A stretch of DNA of 64,000 bases from Sporopachydermia quercuum (lineage: Eukaryota). The stretch is from contig BCGN01000002.1 in NCBI GenBank assembly GCA_001599295.1, positions 2,108,001 to 2,172,000 of the forward strand, given 5' to 3'. The position numbers and the translations under genes are program-made. Below the pieces are notes generated by a model that saw only the letters and a program-made list of their open reading frames with translations, ran no database searches and was not told the DNA's origin. Every line of letters starts with the position of its first letter. Position 1 is the first letter of the stretch. Shown here piece by piece: positions 1 through 12,510 of the stretch.

Positions 1-443
1 TCTGTTTCAATTCTGACTTGTTCAATTGCTTTTCTGAGGGTCCCTGATTCCTGCTCACCGAACTGTTTACGAGACAGGTCAATCATTTTTTTAGCGTACT
101 CCTCTTCAATGGAAATTCGTTCCTGATAGAAAGAGTGAGCATCTTCAAGTGTCTTTCTAGATATTTGAGATTTGTTCAGAAGAGCTGATGCACCTTCATC
201 GTTTGGTCCCTGCATCAAAATATTGTTAGTCATAGTCTGTTCCATAAGAATAGAGTGAAATCTTAAATTTTTTCAATGACGACCTATGCCACTATCCAAC
301 AAAATTTTGTTGAGAAAATGAAAAGTGACTCGAGTATCATATGAGAGATACGTTGAATATGCTCCACCTAGAAAGGAACAACGAAGAAAACATACCCAGA
401 AACTATTGACAAATGCAAATTTGTCAGAAACAATCGAAGCCAT
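1..443 (-). CDS. HOF1: F-BAR (FCH) cytokinesis protein, Hof1/Cdc15 family; 5' part only, continues beyond the left edge
   Basis: Exon 1 is 443..396 (MASIVSDKFAFVNSFW). The intron is 395..210 (GTATGT...GACTAAC...CAG). Exon 2 starts at 209 (GPNDEGASALLNKSQISRKTLEDAHSFYQERISIEEEYAKKMIDLSRKQFGEQESGTLRKAIEQVRIET). The F-x-N-S-F-W-G and ER-x-x-IEEEYAK patterns are the FCH domain signature. Not in the ORF track. Confidence 0.85.
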
Positions 444-796
444 TTTCAGCTTAAGCTCAATAGTTTGCCAATTTCTCCAAAGAATCTGTGATTGAGTAAT
501 ATATATTCAGTAGATAATACCTGTTTGGATAGACAATAATAGGGTGACAACAGATTACTCATTAGCTAACAACGCTTCGCTTGCAGTTAGTTGCCTTTTG
601 TAGACCAAACTTGTTATGAATACAACAAAGCCTTCTCAAATAAGAGTAACTTGCCAGCAAAATACAGACTGCTCTCATGATGAAGGGAACAGGAAAATGA
701 TTACGACAGTGATAGTCGTTATATCAAGAATCCAGAAAAAAAAAAAGTACTATTCGAGGTTTGCACATTGAATTTTGGCAAGTGGAATAGGTTCTG

Positions 797-822
797 TGTT
801 TATATACTTCCTAATTTGGTAT
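797..822 (-). promoter_or_regulatory. Composite Mcm1 (CArG box) plus forkhead site upstream of the HOF1-like gene
   Basis: CCTAATTTGG (810-819) lies next to TGTTTAT (797-803). On the minus strand this reads TACCAAATTAGGAAGTATATAAACA, the CLB2-cluster arrangement. Confidence 0.55.
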
Positions 823-1396
823 AGTAATTGAAGTTAATCACGTGATATGATATCGGAAATGATAACCAAGAGAGATAAGAAACTGAATGTTACATAAGTT
901 GAACGAGTTATTGAAAGTTATATTTTGTCTTGCAGTCCAAATCCAAAATAGCTCTCATATATACTAAAAAGTCAGTAATGATTTGGTCAAATGATTGAGT
1001 CAACTGTTGTTTCATCGTTACTTCATATGACTAATCTGGAAAACATACTATACTATCACCTCTGCATGGCAATACAGAAACCTGCATGTCAGTGCATTCT
1101 TGTGCATAGTCGTTGCATGCTATTCTGCCATCACAGAAAAATAAGCAACGCTTGTTCTTCCAATCATCAAAAACATTTAACTTATAACGAGCACATCCTA
1201 CACATCATATGTATTATCGCCTGTTAGATCATATAGCAATATTAAGAATAAATATAAATTTTACCTATACGAATGATATCCCAGTACAATTCTGCTAGCA
1301 CTCTATCTAAAACCAGTAATAAGCTATTAATTAATATAACAAAACGGAGCCCATACTTCAAATATTATACACTTAACTTCATGTAGATGTAGGCTT

Positions 1397-3214
1397 TTAA
1401 TGGGTCGTATGACCCTTATGATACTTCAAACCGTTCATGTTCTTATACCGCTTACCACACACATCACATCTAAAGGGTTTGCTGGCATCATCATCATCTC
1501 CACACCAATTCCCACTCATCACACGGCCAGTTGCTGGATCTATCACAGAATATGTTACACCATCAGGGTTTAATCTTAATGTCTGATGTTGATGTCCGTG
1601 TGCTCTATGATACTTTAATCCATTCTGATTTTTATACGTCTTATCGCATCCTACAACAGGGCATGTGTATGGTTTATTCGACGAAGGTTCCTTATTGTTC
1701 ACCAGATACAGATTTCTGGCAGGGTCCGGAATATAGAAGTCCTTTTCCTCATCTTGAGTAGAGTATGGAGTTATGGGTAATTGCTGTGACGTTATCGTAG
1801 AATTCGTTGATGCCATTTGATCAGAGGTATTGTTAATTAATGTTGGAGAAGGGTAAAATTGTTGTGCTTGAGATGAAGATGCGTTTTGTCCATTAGAGAA
1901 CAAAGTTGAGGCATGTGTAGGTGTAGTTGGTTGATTCGAGTGTATTGATTGTAGGGAGTGCGATGTTTGCATAACCGTTCCACCTATATTCCTGCTGCTA
2001 ATATCATGATTAGTGTTATTACCAGGATGCATAAGTAACGATGAATGAATCTTGGGTGATCTTCCTTCACCACCTAAATCATCCATCTGTAGATCCATTT
2101 CATAATCCATATCTTCACCAAAGTGACCAAATGGACTAGTAGGTTCTTGGCTGCCTCCAGTTGATGACAAGTGCTGATCATTATTATGAGGGGCCATAAA
2201 TACATCACTAGTTGCAACAGTAGTAGGTTCACCAAAGTTCAAAGCCGACATAAAATTAGACGTCATATGGTTTTGGTCTTTCACTTGCATGTTTTGCAGT
2301 TGCATACCTGTGATGGATTCAGTAGTAGGTGATAATGGATCAAACATCGTATTCGTGATTTGCCCATTATTATCAATCATTTTATGACCTATTATGATGT
2401 TCTTCGCGCTTATACCTCCTGTTGTCGTAGCATTTGACCTTTGAGGACTTGTCAGTTGAATTGGATCTGTTATTTTGTTATCTGATGCACCAGCCCTATC
2501 ACTAGAACCTGAATGCATGGTACTTAAACCTGGATGACTGCGAGTAGCATTGGAATTATGGGAAGAATTAGTGGCATTTATCGTTGATTGTGAATTTGGA
2601 TTAAGTGCTGATGGATTAATAGGAGCATTCAAATGATTTGATTGATGTGAGTTATAATCATTCATACCAATCATTGTTCTTCCATTAGCCATAGGATTTA
2701 AAACATTAGCATTTGATGCTCCCATAACTTCTAACTCACCATCAAGATTACTATTCATTTCGAGTATAGCAGCGTTTATCGAATCATTCAAATGATCACT
2801 ATCTTGGAGTATATGACTTTCTTCATAATGATGTAACAATTCATGTAATGTTGGTAACACTTTCCCACAGCATCGATAATCTTTACAGTAATCTGCTTCT
2901 AAGTTCGACAAATAAGAGACAGTATTCATATCAGGAGTAAACTGATTCAAACCTCCCACAGAGCTGTTTCTATGACCAGTAATATTCAGATTATTAGTTC
3001 CAGTACTAACAGAATTACCAAATGCTGAATTAGAATTCATCATCACTTCATCTCTGAGCCAGGATCCAATAGAGAGTGAACCCCATGATATACCACCTAG
3101 CCCTTGTGCATGTGTAAAGGAATCCTTACGGAAGGTCCTTGGATGGGAGCTTTGCACAGTAGCAAAGCTCCTTTTTCTGTATTCATCTGATATATCTATT
3201 GGTGCAACATTCAT
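1397..3214 (-). CDS. SFP1: Split zinc-finger transcription factor (ribosome biogenesis regulator), 605 aa
   Basis: N-terminal RKDSFTHAQGLGGISWGSLSIGSWLRDEVM block and CCG..LPTLHELLHHYEESH. Two C-terminal C2H2 fingers (CPVVGCDKTYKNQNGLKYHRAHGH and CDVCGKRYKNMNGLKYHKGH) are separated by a long spacer. Confidence 0.93.
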   Translation of the reverse strand: MNVAPIDISDEYRKRSFATVQSSHPRTFRKDSFTHAQGLGGISWGSLSIGSWLRDEVMMNSNSAFGNSVSTGTNNLNITGHRNSSVGGLNQFTPDMNTVSYLSNLEADYCKDYRCCGKVLPTLHELLHHYEESHILQDSDHLNDSINAAILEMNSNLDGELEVMGASNANVLNPMANGRTMIGMNDYNSHQSNHLNAPINPSALNPNSQSTINATNSSHNSNATRSHPGLSTMHSGSSDRAGASDNKITDPIQLTSPQRSNATTTGGISAKNIIIGHKMIDNNGQITNTMFDPLSPTTESITGMQLQNMQVKDQNHMTSNFMSALNFGEPTTVATSDVFMAPHNNDQHLSSTGGSQEPTSPFGHFGEDMDYEMDLQMDDLGGEGRSPKIHSSLLMHPGNNTNHDISSRNIGGTVMQTSHSLQSIHSNQPTTPTHASTLFSNGQNASSSQAQQFYPSPTLINNTSDQMASTNSTITSQQLPITPYSTQDEEKDFYIPDPARNLYLVNNKEPSSNKPYTCPVVGCDKTYKNQNGLKYHRAHGHQHQTLRLNPDGVTYSVIDPATGRVMSGNWCGDDDDASKPFRCDVCGKRYKNMNGLKYHKGHTTH

Positions 3215-5801
3215 AGTAGAAATAATTAATTGCTGAGTTATGTATAAACGGTTTAAAACCTCTGTTGTCTAATGCAATGTATCCAATACTTTTTCTCACA
3301 AATAAGTGTAATTTGGATTATAAGTTCAACAAATAAGAGTACAAGTAATGCTCAAATCTAATGCAAGAATCCTTCTTCAGATATTTTAATATCAAATTAT
3401 TTTCCTTAAGATATCAATATTCTTTTGTTGTGTTCTTCTGCTCTTCTGTTGTTTTTTATTCTGTTCTGTTCCCACAGTCGTTCGTTGTACTCCAATCTCT
3501 CTGTGCCTCTCCCCTTAAAAGTAAGTAATCAATCACACACAACAAAAAACCTTATAATCTATCAGTTATATTAATGTTTTATCAATGTGAAAATATCTAT
3601 TCAAACAGAACGTGTTATTTGTTTGATTATTTATTCCCAGCTTTTATTTCTATTGATTTCTCAATCACAAGTAATGTTTCCTCCTCTTTCCCCTCTATTA
3701 TACATTCATATCACCCCAGCCAACTATTGGTTCACTTAATCTACACAAGTATAAGTTCTAGGGAATGTGTATCGTATCACTTTCTCTCGGTTATTGTATA
3801 ATAGCCTAGTGAATATTTTACCTATTTTATCGCAAATATCTGGTTACAGCAAACTTATATTGTCTGTATTATGATTGGCACCGATTGGCTCTTCAATCTG
3901 CGTTTATTCATTTAATCAATCATTATCTTCGTATGTATGTAGTCTTTTGTTTGGCAATAAAATGGGAAGCGGAAGGCAACCGACGTAGAATGAATAGGAC
4001 TAATTGTGCAATTTCAAGGATGTGTTATGGGACAGGTGGAGGTGGATCATCAGCGGTTCAAAGGATTCACTGATTGACAAATAGGAAAGAAAGATAAGAA
4101 GAGATGGAAATGAATTTCTATTTATAAAATAAATAAATTATTTTTAAATAACAGCGGTTTTGCATTAATTTGATAGGATGTAGTAATGAGATTGAATGTA
4201 AATGTATAGTTTGTTGGTGGCTATTATGTTGATGTTGAGTTTATCTGTTGATAAGCATGGGTAGTTATGTACCTTAATAATGAATATTATGGAAAACAGA
4301 TATTTCATTTTTTTCCTGGGAGTCTAGTATGTTGATTGTTTTATCACGATTTGTTTATCTACAGTAATAGAACACAGATCTCGATTGTACTACTGTTTGA
4401 AGTGATTTACTAATACGGACTGATTGCCTTATGGATAGTCGATCATCTGATGATGCGGAGTGAGAATCATACATAATAAAACAAGCAATTCGACCAGTTC
4501 TTTGATCTCTAACAGTTCAATCGATTCATGGATTTCTCTACCGAATTCATTCGNTTTGCTTTTTATGACTGTCAACTACAAATATCGACTACATTCTCCT
4601 GCCTATTGCTCAATAGCTATCGCCTTAGACTCGCATACAACTTCCTGTAAGCGTCTCAGGTTTCATAGAACTTTTATACCGCACCAATTGCTACCTGTTG
4701 TAAAAACCATAAATCTCAATAAAGACTACACGTACATTCATCCATATAATCCTATTACTATGTAACCAAATAATCAATTACTTATAACCTATCTTCTGTT
4801 AGCTATATCAATCTACAAAGTTTTTAAGACCTTTCATCAATCAAACAGATGCACATCAAAACTTCCTTATATTTATTGCCTTACTTAATCACGATCACTG
4901 CCCTTCATTCAACCTTTCAACCGTTGTAGCACTGTTAACAAACCTATTCCTGGGGTAAATATCAATCACGCATTATGACATATCTGGATTGTGATATGAC
5001 ACACCCATTCATCACCAATCAGATCGCAATCCAACGCCATTCGGTGATTATTGTATTTGGGCAGGGTAACTAATCATAAGAGCCAAGTATTACTCATCAA
5101 ACTTTGTTGCACGTGACTGGGTAAAATTTTAGAGTCACGAGAGTTCTAAAAAACAATAGACGATCATGGAAATTTTTCTTGATAGTTAACGCCGTGGTGG
5201 ATTCCAGATGATCATCTGTTTGATGTTAACAAATAACGCAACTCTAAAAAGTAATCAATCAAAAATATCATTATAATGAATATTGTAGTGGATAATTCGG
5301 GTTGGGGTTCAAAGAGCAGAGCTAGAATTAGTACCGAAANACGGGCATTGGAAGGGATAGAACAATAGAAGAGTTAAATATTAGCTTCTAACTCAACACT
5401 ATGGAGTTGTAGTATTAAGTAATTTCATTAATGGCTAAACTTTCTTTTAACCATCAAACACGAATTTTATTCAACGCAGACATAGCCACATTTCAATATT
5501 ACAAGCAATGTAACCAAGAAATGTTTCCATAAACCTACAAATGCAAAGTATGACTGACATTAGCATATAGTTTAAACTAATTATTAAAATCTATACACTA
5601 TAAAACCTCTAATAAAACCCATTAAGTAAAAGCCAGTGTACACCGATGTAGTAAATATATTAACGATTGTATGAAATGGTGGATAGAGAAACCATATAAT
5701 ACATCTCATCAAACTTTTAGTCTTCCTTGAAACCATGAGTTTTTATCAACAGCCATCAAGAAAGCCCGAAACACCTCCCATGTTTTCGTTCATTGAGAAA
5801 C

Positions 5802-6041
5802 TTACAATAAGAGAGCAGCAGCACCGGCAACGGCAGCACCTAGTAAACCAGCGTTGACACCATTGGCAAAAGCTCCATCAGGAGTGACAGTGCTAGAGGG
5901 TTGGGTTCCGTTTCCGCTACCGGTATCGTTACCGGAACCAGTATTGTTGGTAACACCAGTATCATTGGTATAATTGCTGAATTGAGCAGAAGCAACAGAG
6001 GCAGCGGCAACAGCAGCGATGACAGTCTTTGAGAATTGCAT
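5802..6041 (-). CDS. Small secreted, probably GPI-type cell-wall/stress protein, HOR7/DDR2/YDR524C-B-like (79 aa)
   Basis: Signal peptide MQFSKTVIAAVAAASVASA, an N/T/S/G-rich middle with several N-x-T sequons, and the hydrophobic C-terminus NAGLLGAAVAGAAALLL typical of this family. Confidence 0.85.
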   Translation of the reverse strand: MQFSKTVIAAVAAASVASAQFSNYTNDTGVTNNTGSGNDTGSGNGTQPSSTVTPDGAFANGVNAGLLGAAVAGAAALLL

Positions 6042-6239
6042 TTTTGAATAGTGTTGTATGTAAATTATCGATAATTATCAGCTTATACTAACTTCTAGTA
6101 ATTGCAATAGACTTTAGAATGTATACTTCGAAAACAAATTCAAATAAATTGAAGGCGAAAACTGAAAGAGAAGAAGAACATTTTTACATGATAATGGAAT
6201 TCTTCACTTATTTATAATATTTCTCTCGCAACTGAAAAC

Positions 6240-6303
6240 GAGGCGTTCATTGTCGCGAAGATAAAGAGAAAAGTTTAACTACTAGGTCTCGGTCTAAATA
6301 TAG
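6240..6303. promoter_or_regulatory. Cluster of cell-wall-stress elements (Crz1-like GAGGCG, SBF-like CGCGAA, Rlm1 CTA(W)4TAG)
   Basis: GAGGCG at 6240-6245, TCGCGAA at 6253-6259 and CTAAATATAG at 6294-6303, all 200-260 bp upstream of the small cell-wall gene ATG. Confidence 0.45.
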
Positions 6304-9300
6304 TAATAAGTTAAAGTTTTACAAATACCTTAACTTTAAATAAAAACGAAAAAATTTTAAGAGAAGACAGGAACGAATTTTTTTTTAAATTGGGCAGAAT
6401 AATAATCTTTGTAAAACGAGAGTTAGAACTTCTCATTGAAGAGAATTTGCTAGCAATCACAACAGATGCTCAGACTAATGGATTGTTTAGTTGTTCTCAA
6501 ATTGGAAAAAAGCCAGTTGAAGTGTTAAAGCAGAGCTTACAATAGTTACAATATAATTAATAATAGTATCACATAATTCTTGCTCGATGCAATGCATATT
6601 GGAATGTTGATGTATGTGTATTGGACTACGAACTTCGGTAAGAACTCTTTTTAGTCTATTATTGAACTTTCACTAGTAAAAATATGTTCTAGACCACGTC
6701 TAAACTAAGAAAACAGTAATTAGCATTGGAGAGCGATGAATCTCATAATCTAAGGTATTGAACAGCCAGTAGAAGGAAACGCAAAAAACTAAGGTTCAAA
6801 GTCTATTCTCAATTTGGCATAAGAAAGGTATAATTAGAGTTGTACCTTTCTATTTTGTTTCAATAACTTGATAGTATTACTTATGAAAGTAATATTCGAA
6901 TGGATATGGATGAATCTCTTAAATGGCCTAAAGATGAAAAGAAACCAGTTTTGACTTCGTACAATTAAAGAAAAGGTATTTTTCCTACCAAAACCAAGAA
7001 TTTACTGAGACTTATCACTCAACGATTACTTGGCCCATCTGCCTCACGTTCCCGGCCAAGAAGGTTAAAGAGATGGATTGAGACACTTTGCAGATCCTTG
7101 CGTGAAACTATGTTCCATACCGATAACCAATGCCTAACTATGCTGTCCAGAACATTCGACGACGACCGAGACTTGATTCACAGTGTAACAGACCTATTGA
7201 ACAATAGATGAGATAGATAGCTTCGAATTGTTTTAGTATACTTATTGATCATGATCAAAAATGAAGCTTGAAAGCTGTATTAACATTCTGAGGGTTGACG
7301 ATGTGAGACAGAAAAGTAAACAAAGCTGGACGCAAGGCTAGTCAGAAAGTTGTAACAAGGACATAAGGATAAGTGAGAAGGGTCCTCCTTCTCTTTGGTA
7401 TTTAGTGTAAGGAAATTGTCGATATGAACCAAAGAACATCATGGTCAATCAATCCAGTAATTGTTTGTTAAGTGTCTGTCTTGGAAAAGAGTTAGCGATT
7501 CTACGTCTCCCATTTCAGCAAATAATTGCTTCTCCATAACAATAGTTTATGGCGCCCCGCTAGGGAGCGGTAATGGCATAGCTATATTTGGGGTAGAACC
7601 CGATGCTCTCGGGAAAAACACTGGAACTATTTTCCGGCTATTGAAACGTTAGATGACAATGCTTTCAAATGTCATATTTTCGATAAACGGCTGATTTACT
7701 TCAACGTTAATTATAGGGTTTTTTTATCGAGAAAGTAGAAAAGTTCAAATGCAGTTGCGTAAAAAAGGTCTAGGCCATTGTTTTTGCACGTTCGTTCCCT
7801 AATCATGTGACGCTCCTCATAATAAATTCCCAATGAATGGAATGTAATTAGTCGTGGCGGTTCGATCGGCAGCTTCGTTCTTTGAATAATGGCGGTACCT
7901 CTTTCTCCAAGTTTTAGACAAAGGAAGAAACAGAATTAATGTCAGTTCTTGAATTGTCTTTGAATCTGATTATTAAGAAGCAAATGATATTTCGTCAGTT
8001 GAGACAATTTTTCTATTAACCTGATGTGATGATTATATGCTNAAAGTAAGTAATTCAAGGCGTCGGTATACCTCTGCACCGCATACTCTTAGTATCAGCA
8101 ACGAACCGTCCAGAATCTTTACTTGTGATTCGTTTTCATGGGATTCCACGGATTTGTACGCTTAGTTTAAGCGTATTTCTCCTCTGCTCCTTTGTTCTGA
8201 ACTCATCATATATCATTGACTAGCTTAACTGTAGCAACTTCCTAAGTACATTGGTGCCTATTACTGAGAAAATCTATACTTTTAAGTTTTAAATTTCGGC
8301 TTAAGGTTTACCCTAAAGTTTGACAAGAATGCAAGTCAGCGTTTTTAAGCGATTGGATTGCTCCAATAGGAAATGCTTCGTAAACTAAAACCTCGTGTGT
8401 TTGATTGGAATTATAGATAGTTGTTTGTCTGATGACCATGAGAAAATAAAGAAGAGGAAAAATAGTAGAACGCGATTAAAGAAGTGAAGAGGTTTAGTAT
8501 GGAAATGAAAAATTGTATAATATCATGAACTCACTGTTGTGGCAGCCTGCATAACAGATTAGTTGCTAATTAGTTGCTAATGAATTATCTTGATGATGAA
8601 TAATAAAGCTTATTGGAGACGAAGTGTGAAATGATGAAATGTTGTATGAAGTTTATGTAGAGCTTTGAAGATAAATTCTAGGTAAATCTGGCCAAAATAT
8701 GTCTACTTCCGGAACGTTAGATTCAATATGAGAGAATTGACTAAAACTAATCCGCCTTCTTGACAGTTGGATATCAGCTACCACTACATTTTCAGTTCAG
8801 CTTTCAAACAGTATACATTGAATCATATTCTTATTCATTATATTCATGGTATATGGCCTCCTTGTTAAATCGTCGGCTCATACTTTGAATATTCATGTCA
8901 ATATCCAATTTAAGCAATGAAAGTCCTTAATCTGNATCGATTATTAGTAGCCTAACCGATTTGAGAAATCACATCCCATCGCAAAATTTTTCGTCCCTTA
9001 AACGAGGACTCTCACCCTAATATTTCTTTCACTGTTTTCGTGCGCGGATATAGAGTTTCTTACTGAACAGAAAAGCGAAACAACGAAAATTTCATTCTTC
9101 GTGGTTTCCAATACAGCACTTATTATTCACTAAATGATTAAATCAGTTGAGTTTAGTTGGTTGCAGTTGACTTGCCTATTTCGATCACTTTCTATTCGTT
9201 TTCATTCGTTTTCATTAAATCGTTTTATTCTATAAATAGAATAAATGGAAAGGTGGATAGTTTGGGAAATATTCTCGCCAAGTAAGACTGATTATGATAT

Positions 9301-10144
9301 ATTAACAACTGAAGAAAGCTCAAAAGCTATTACTACGAATTGCAGTTCGAGAATAAATTTCTCACTTTTCGTCGCTCTTTCTATCAACCTCTTTAGTACT
9401 TTTCCTCCAAAAGTCAAGCAGAAGTCTTAACCAGTCTTCTTTTCTTCTGCTCCATCATTCGCAAATCTATTGCGTTACATCACCATCCATTGAATAATGC
9501 TTGAGGCACAAGCAAAATTTTTACTTTCACATCTTGACTAAAATAGTTTGCTAATGGAAAATTACTATTTTCAGTTAGTTGGTGTTTGGGATGCCTAAAA
9601 TTAAAATTTTAAACTTTAAACTTAAGATTTCATAACGCGTTAATTTACGTGTTCGTGTTAGACAGCGTTGATGGATAACTTTCGTTGCAAGCAGATTAAA
9701 GGAAATTACTGTTTGAAGTAAAAATCAATTATAAATAAAACTGAATTAAGTCTAGGCTTTCTGCAAATGAATTTATCGTGAGAAATTGGGAATTGGGAAT
9801 TGGAAACGTTCCTGGTACACTTCATTGAGTCACATTAGATCTTCTCAGGCATTTAGTATGTCTATACCTGGGAGTTCAGTCCTGCGACGGTACGGTGACC
9901 GGGNTCATTAGAAATACAAAGCGCAATAAATAAAACCCGGATTCCCGACTAACTGGGTGTCTCTAATAACTCGGAGCTACGTTATTAGAAATTTATTCCT
10001 GTAATTAACAAGAATTTATGAGAAAGGGATCAAATGCATAGTATTGTTCTTATTTTCTTATGTGTATTGCTATTATTAGTATTTGTTGATCCTCATTGTA
10101 TCAAAAGAGTTCATTTGATAAGTAACATGATACGGCTGTAGATA

Positions 10145-10828
10145 CTAATAGTTACCTGCACCTAGTAGAAACTTCAGTTCTTCAGCTTTGGCTTCACCAA
10201 CTAGCTGAACTAATTCAGTCATGTTAGGCAAAAATCGATGATCTTCGAATTCAAATCCAGGAACAACAACTTCACTGATCAGTAAACAATCATTGCCCTC
10301 TCCTTCATAATCATCGTTTCTTGGCTTGACAAAGCTAGCTTTATACACTCCACCCTCAACAACCCATTGCTGTCTTTCTCCATTCTTACGATCAAATCCA
10401 ACATCAAAAGATTCAACCTTACCTTCTGGATGGATCAAAACATAAGTTCCACGTCCTTTCTGTAGTATATGAATAATTCGTGATTTGTTTCTATGAAAAC
10501 GACCAACTGGCGATTCCGAGGCTAAAAGATAGAAAATCAGAGTGGAATAATTTCTGTATGGAGTTAAAGTTGTACCATCCCCAGCAGCAAGGGGTTTTCT
10601 CGTCTGGTCTTTTTCTATTGTCCTTAATGCGGATTCAGTAGTCTTGCCATTATTGTTTCCAGGATAATATGGACTTTCCATATAGAATGGCGAACGATCT
10701 GTTTCAGAATAAAAGCCACCTTCTGGATGAGCCAATAANTTATAATCCTTGATCAATTCTTTCACCTCTTCGGATGCAGGAACGATTTTATCAAAAAAGT
10801 TAGGTCTAATGATATTCACTCTTTCCAT
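10145..10828 (-). CDS. Cupin-fold protein, DUF985/Cupin_5 family (S. cerevisiae YML079W/Cff1-like)
   Basis: Motifs HPEGGFYSETDRSP, RNYSTLIFYLL, FHRNKSRIIH, QWVVEGGVYKAS and LISEVVVPGFEFED. Confidence 0.88.
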   Translation of the reverse strand: MERVNIIRPNFFDKIVPASEEVKELIKDYXLLAHPEGGFYSETDRSPFYMESPYYPGNNNGKTTESALRTIEKDQTRKPLAAGDGTTLTPYRNYSTLIFYLLASESPVGRFHRNKSRIIHILQKGRGTYVLIHPEGKVESFDVGFDRKNGERQQWVVEGGVYKASFVKPRNDDYEGEGNDCLLISEVVVPGFEFEDHRFLPNMTELVQLVGEAKAEELKFLLGAGNY

Positions 10829-11360
10829 ATTATCAAATTCAGTAGCAAGGTAATATCATTCGAGGCCTCAATTATGTGTCAATAGTTGAAAGCTGTACAA
10901 TCCTGGTTCAACCTCATTTGAACAATTACTCATAAATAATGCATGCTAAGTAAAAATATACATGATTGATGTATCATTTTATTTTACCATTTGATAATAC
11001 ACTTTCAGCAAATTCTCATTTCAAGTCCATAAGTCTCCTGTACTTTTGAAAGAATCTCGTCACCAAATATTCTTCACAGGTTACCCGCAAATTTTGGTCT
11101 TCCAACATCGAGTATCATCACACATATGAAGTGNAATACCTGTCGGATGATCCGAATTCTCGGGTATCGGTAGTTAAAGATATCACTGAATTTAGCTGTA
11201 AATATATATTGGGTGTGATTATAGTATATGAATACAGAATGTATTATGTGATATGCAGCTTTCATTTAAAATAACACGGATAATATGCATTCATTCTTCT
11301 CATATCGGGAGGACTTTCTCTCCCTCGCACGATATCTTATGACAGTGTATTGTAAAATGT

Positions 11361-11909
11361 CTAATCATAGACATCGGACGGTAATTTTCTGTCCACCAAT
11401 GCAGTATTACCTCTTCCTCCTTGTCGATCAACTTTGCCCCATCTATCAAACGGATACACTATTCTTGTGACTACACCTTCAACCAATGCAATAGAAATAG
11501 GCCCATAAGTATTACTATCAACTGAGCGTGAACTATTATCACCTTCCACCCATAAATGATACCACTTTATTTTCTCAACCTTTTTGCCGTAGTTGCCCCG
11601 TGTTCTTATTTCATCGCCTGGCACTCCTATCACTCGTTTCGTTACTACAGAATTTGGATCTGTTGGTGATCGTAGAAACACAATGTCTCCTCTCTGCACT
11701 TGATGTGGTATTCTAGCATAGTATTTCCATAGTAGCACTACATCTGATGACCCCAAATTTGAGTCTGGATTCAAAGCTGGATTCATAGAATCGCCGTCTA
11801 TCCTCCCTAAAGTGACAACATGTGTATTCATGAAGGCGGCTACCGGAATCCAGGAGATTCCTATTAGACCGACTTTCAAGGAATGCTTCAGTAGTTGGTA
11901 CGTCGACAT
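11361..11909 (-). CDS. IMP2: Mitochondrial inner-membrane peptidase subunit 2 (peptidase S26)
   Basis: Catalytic Ser box GDSMNPALNP, DVVLLWK, Lys box TKRVIG and WVEGDN...DSNTYGPI. Confidence 0.88.
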   Translation of the reverse strand: MSTYQLLKHSLKVGLIGISWIPVAAFMNTHVVTLGRIDGDSMNPALNPDSNLGSSDVVLLWKYYARIPHQVQRGDIVFLRSPTDPNSVVTKRVIGVPGDEIRTRGNYGKKVEKIKWYHLWVEGDNSSRSVDSNTYGPISIALVEGVVTRIVYPFDRWGKVDRQGGRGNTALVDRKLPSDVYD

Positions 11910-12510
11910 TTCACCGACTGCAGATTAAAAGAGGTAACCAACCAAGGCTGTAAAAGCAAATACTGCGACTTGTTCTCGTTGGATACCAAATCCACCGAGA
12001 GCTTCACCATATTTATAGCCTTCATAGGTTATGTAATGAAAAATAAATAGCTTTGGTAGCAAATGAAGAGTTGGGTTTCTCTGATGAAGATATTTGTTAC
12101 ATAATCATAAATTCAAAAATCAGTAGGGGTGCTCTGCGAGATAATTTATAACAGGTATATGAATTTGGTGATAAATGAGATGAAGGTAATCGTTGATAAT
12201 ACGGAGGAAACTCAGTTTTCCAACGTTTTACAGCGTTCAATAGTTTAGGACTTTGAATAGGATTCAATTTTGTTGTTTTCCTGTCAATTAATATACGGTT
12301 TCATCAAACAATCAGCCTACTAACATATTTGTTTAGCGCATCTGGTTCCTTTCTAAGATTAAACATAGCAACTAACTAATGCTTTCTCCCCCAAATTCCG
12401 TGAGTAAATAAACTGAATTAGCTTCACATTTTACGTTCATATATCGTATTTCTTTCCATTCATTTCCTCTGTTTCTACTTTCGTTCCAGTACGATACAGA
12501 AAGTTGACTT

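Noticed and set aside
8026..8200. Box C/D snoRNA (GTGATGA...CTGA)
   Set aside because: I see no terminal stem or recognisable rRNA-complementary guide, and these short boxes are common by chance.
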